Below the pieces are notes generated by a model that ran no database searches, was not told the DNA's origin, and saw only the letters and a list, made by a program, of their open reading frames with translations. DNA of 63,646 nucleotides, the filler included, from Hausera hauseri (Eukaryota): assembly GCA_046269625.1 (NCBI GenBank). It is 11 parts of 11 records of this genome, joined end to end, with 100 filler letters (N's around TTAATTAATTAA, not from the genome) between each part and the next. Parts side by side here need not be neighbours in the genome. Positions count along the whole stretch, not along the records: positions 59,308 to 63,646 come from JBJURY010628330.1; 10 more parts are not named here. One strand, 5' to 3'. A program made the position numbers and the translations under genes. Shown here piece after piece: positions 62,780 to 63,646 of the stretch. The stretch's first letter is position 1. Each line of letters starts with the position of its first letter.

Positions 62780-63646
62780 CATCCTCAAAAAAATGGGTAC
62801 TGGAGAAATTTTCAGTGAAAATAAAGGCAGGCTGGCATTTTGATGACCGCGTCCGAATTACGCACCGTTGGTTAATGTGAATCACAAAATTCCACGTTCG
62901 CTTATACACCGTTAGGCGTGCATAGGGTCCCTTTATTATACTTTTCCAAGACTTTTTCAATCCTAAGTAACTTGTAAAAGTGATAACGCTGGATGAAGAA
63001 CTCAAGAGTTTAGAACAACTCAAAGTGGTTGACCTGTGCAAATGGTATTCTTCGCAAGTATATGGCTACCAGTTCGCCATCAATATAGCTCCTTAAATTG
63101 GTATCCTTCATCGTAAAAGTGTATGCGCCATGCTGGTTCTACATTAAATGTTACCCATTAAGTACTGACTGTGCAAAGAACTTCTCCCACATTATAAAAC
63201 AAAGTAAAAAGTTAATATACACAGACAGTGATATGGGAGATTCAGTATAGTGCATACTTCGAAGAAATAGCTATTTCGTTCATCCTGGGAATATACTACT
63301 TGCAGCATTGTCAGATGAAGACAGATCTATTCGAATAAATGCACCAATCAAAATTGTCAATATATAACGAGCAAAAAATGCATTAGACGTTAGAAAATTC
63401 TTAAAGGTTGATGTGATAAATTTTTAAAGCGAACAGTTACAACAACATGATTGACTGGAACACTTATCATATTACACCACATCCTTTGGTCAGTGTCATG
63501 CCCGATGATACTTTGCTACAGGAAGCGGAATCAGCACAAGTGAACAGGGAGTGGAGCGTGAAATCAAAGTGGTAACTAGAGCATCCAAAAAGGTGTATCG
63601 ACAAGGTCTGATAGTGTCAGCAGTGGTATCACGAAAATCGAAGCAA
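62780..63646 (+). mobile_element. DNA transposase remnant (possibly Sola2-like)
   Basis: FVHPGNILLAALSDEDRSIR, NF.A.SY..MIDW, EQGVEREIKVVTRASKKV resemble an invertebrate DDE transposase C-terminus; superfamily assignment uncertain. Confidence 0.55.

Overview
AT-rich eukaryotic (animal, probably protostome invertebrate) draft sequence. It consists of 11 short contigs joined by an artificial 100-nt N-TTAATTAATTAA-N linker, so adjacency across gaps is not reliable. About half of the window is decayed Polinton/Maverick (integrated dsDNA virus-like) DNA of two families. Family A is seen as pPolB copies plus AGTAGT-type termini. Family B is seen in 3-4 partial copies with a conserved gene order: pPolB, then an opposite-strand accessory block (paralog X1, orfY, DEDD nuclease, dUTPase, paralog X2, TBP-like protein), then packaging ATPase, core-protein-like gene, RVE integrase-chromodomain and minor capsid. 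The most notable observation is that family B encodes its own TATA-binding-protein-like gene, with TATAAATA boxes conserved in front of genes of the same block. Other contents: Gypsy LTR remnants, a solo LTR nested in a Tc1-like transposon nested in a Polinton, host genes with short introns (EXD2, an SDR16C dehydrogenase, a PH-ArfGAP), and a pseudogene cluster (SND1, alpha-mannosidase II, copine). There is also one GC-rich vertebrate-like KLHL exon, and a long unknown pseudo-ORF followed by a possible viral glycoprotein. All calls are from reading motifs by eye; no searches were run and most boundaries of decayed genes are approximate.
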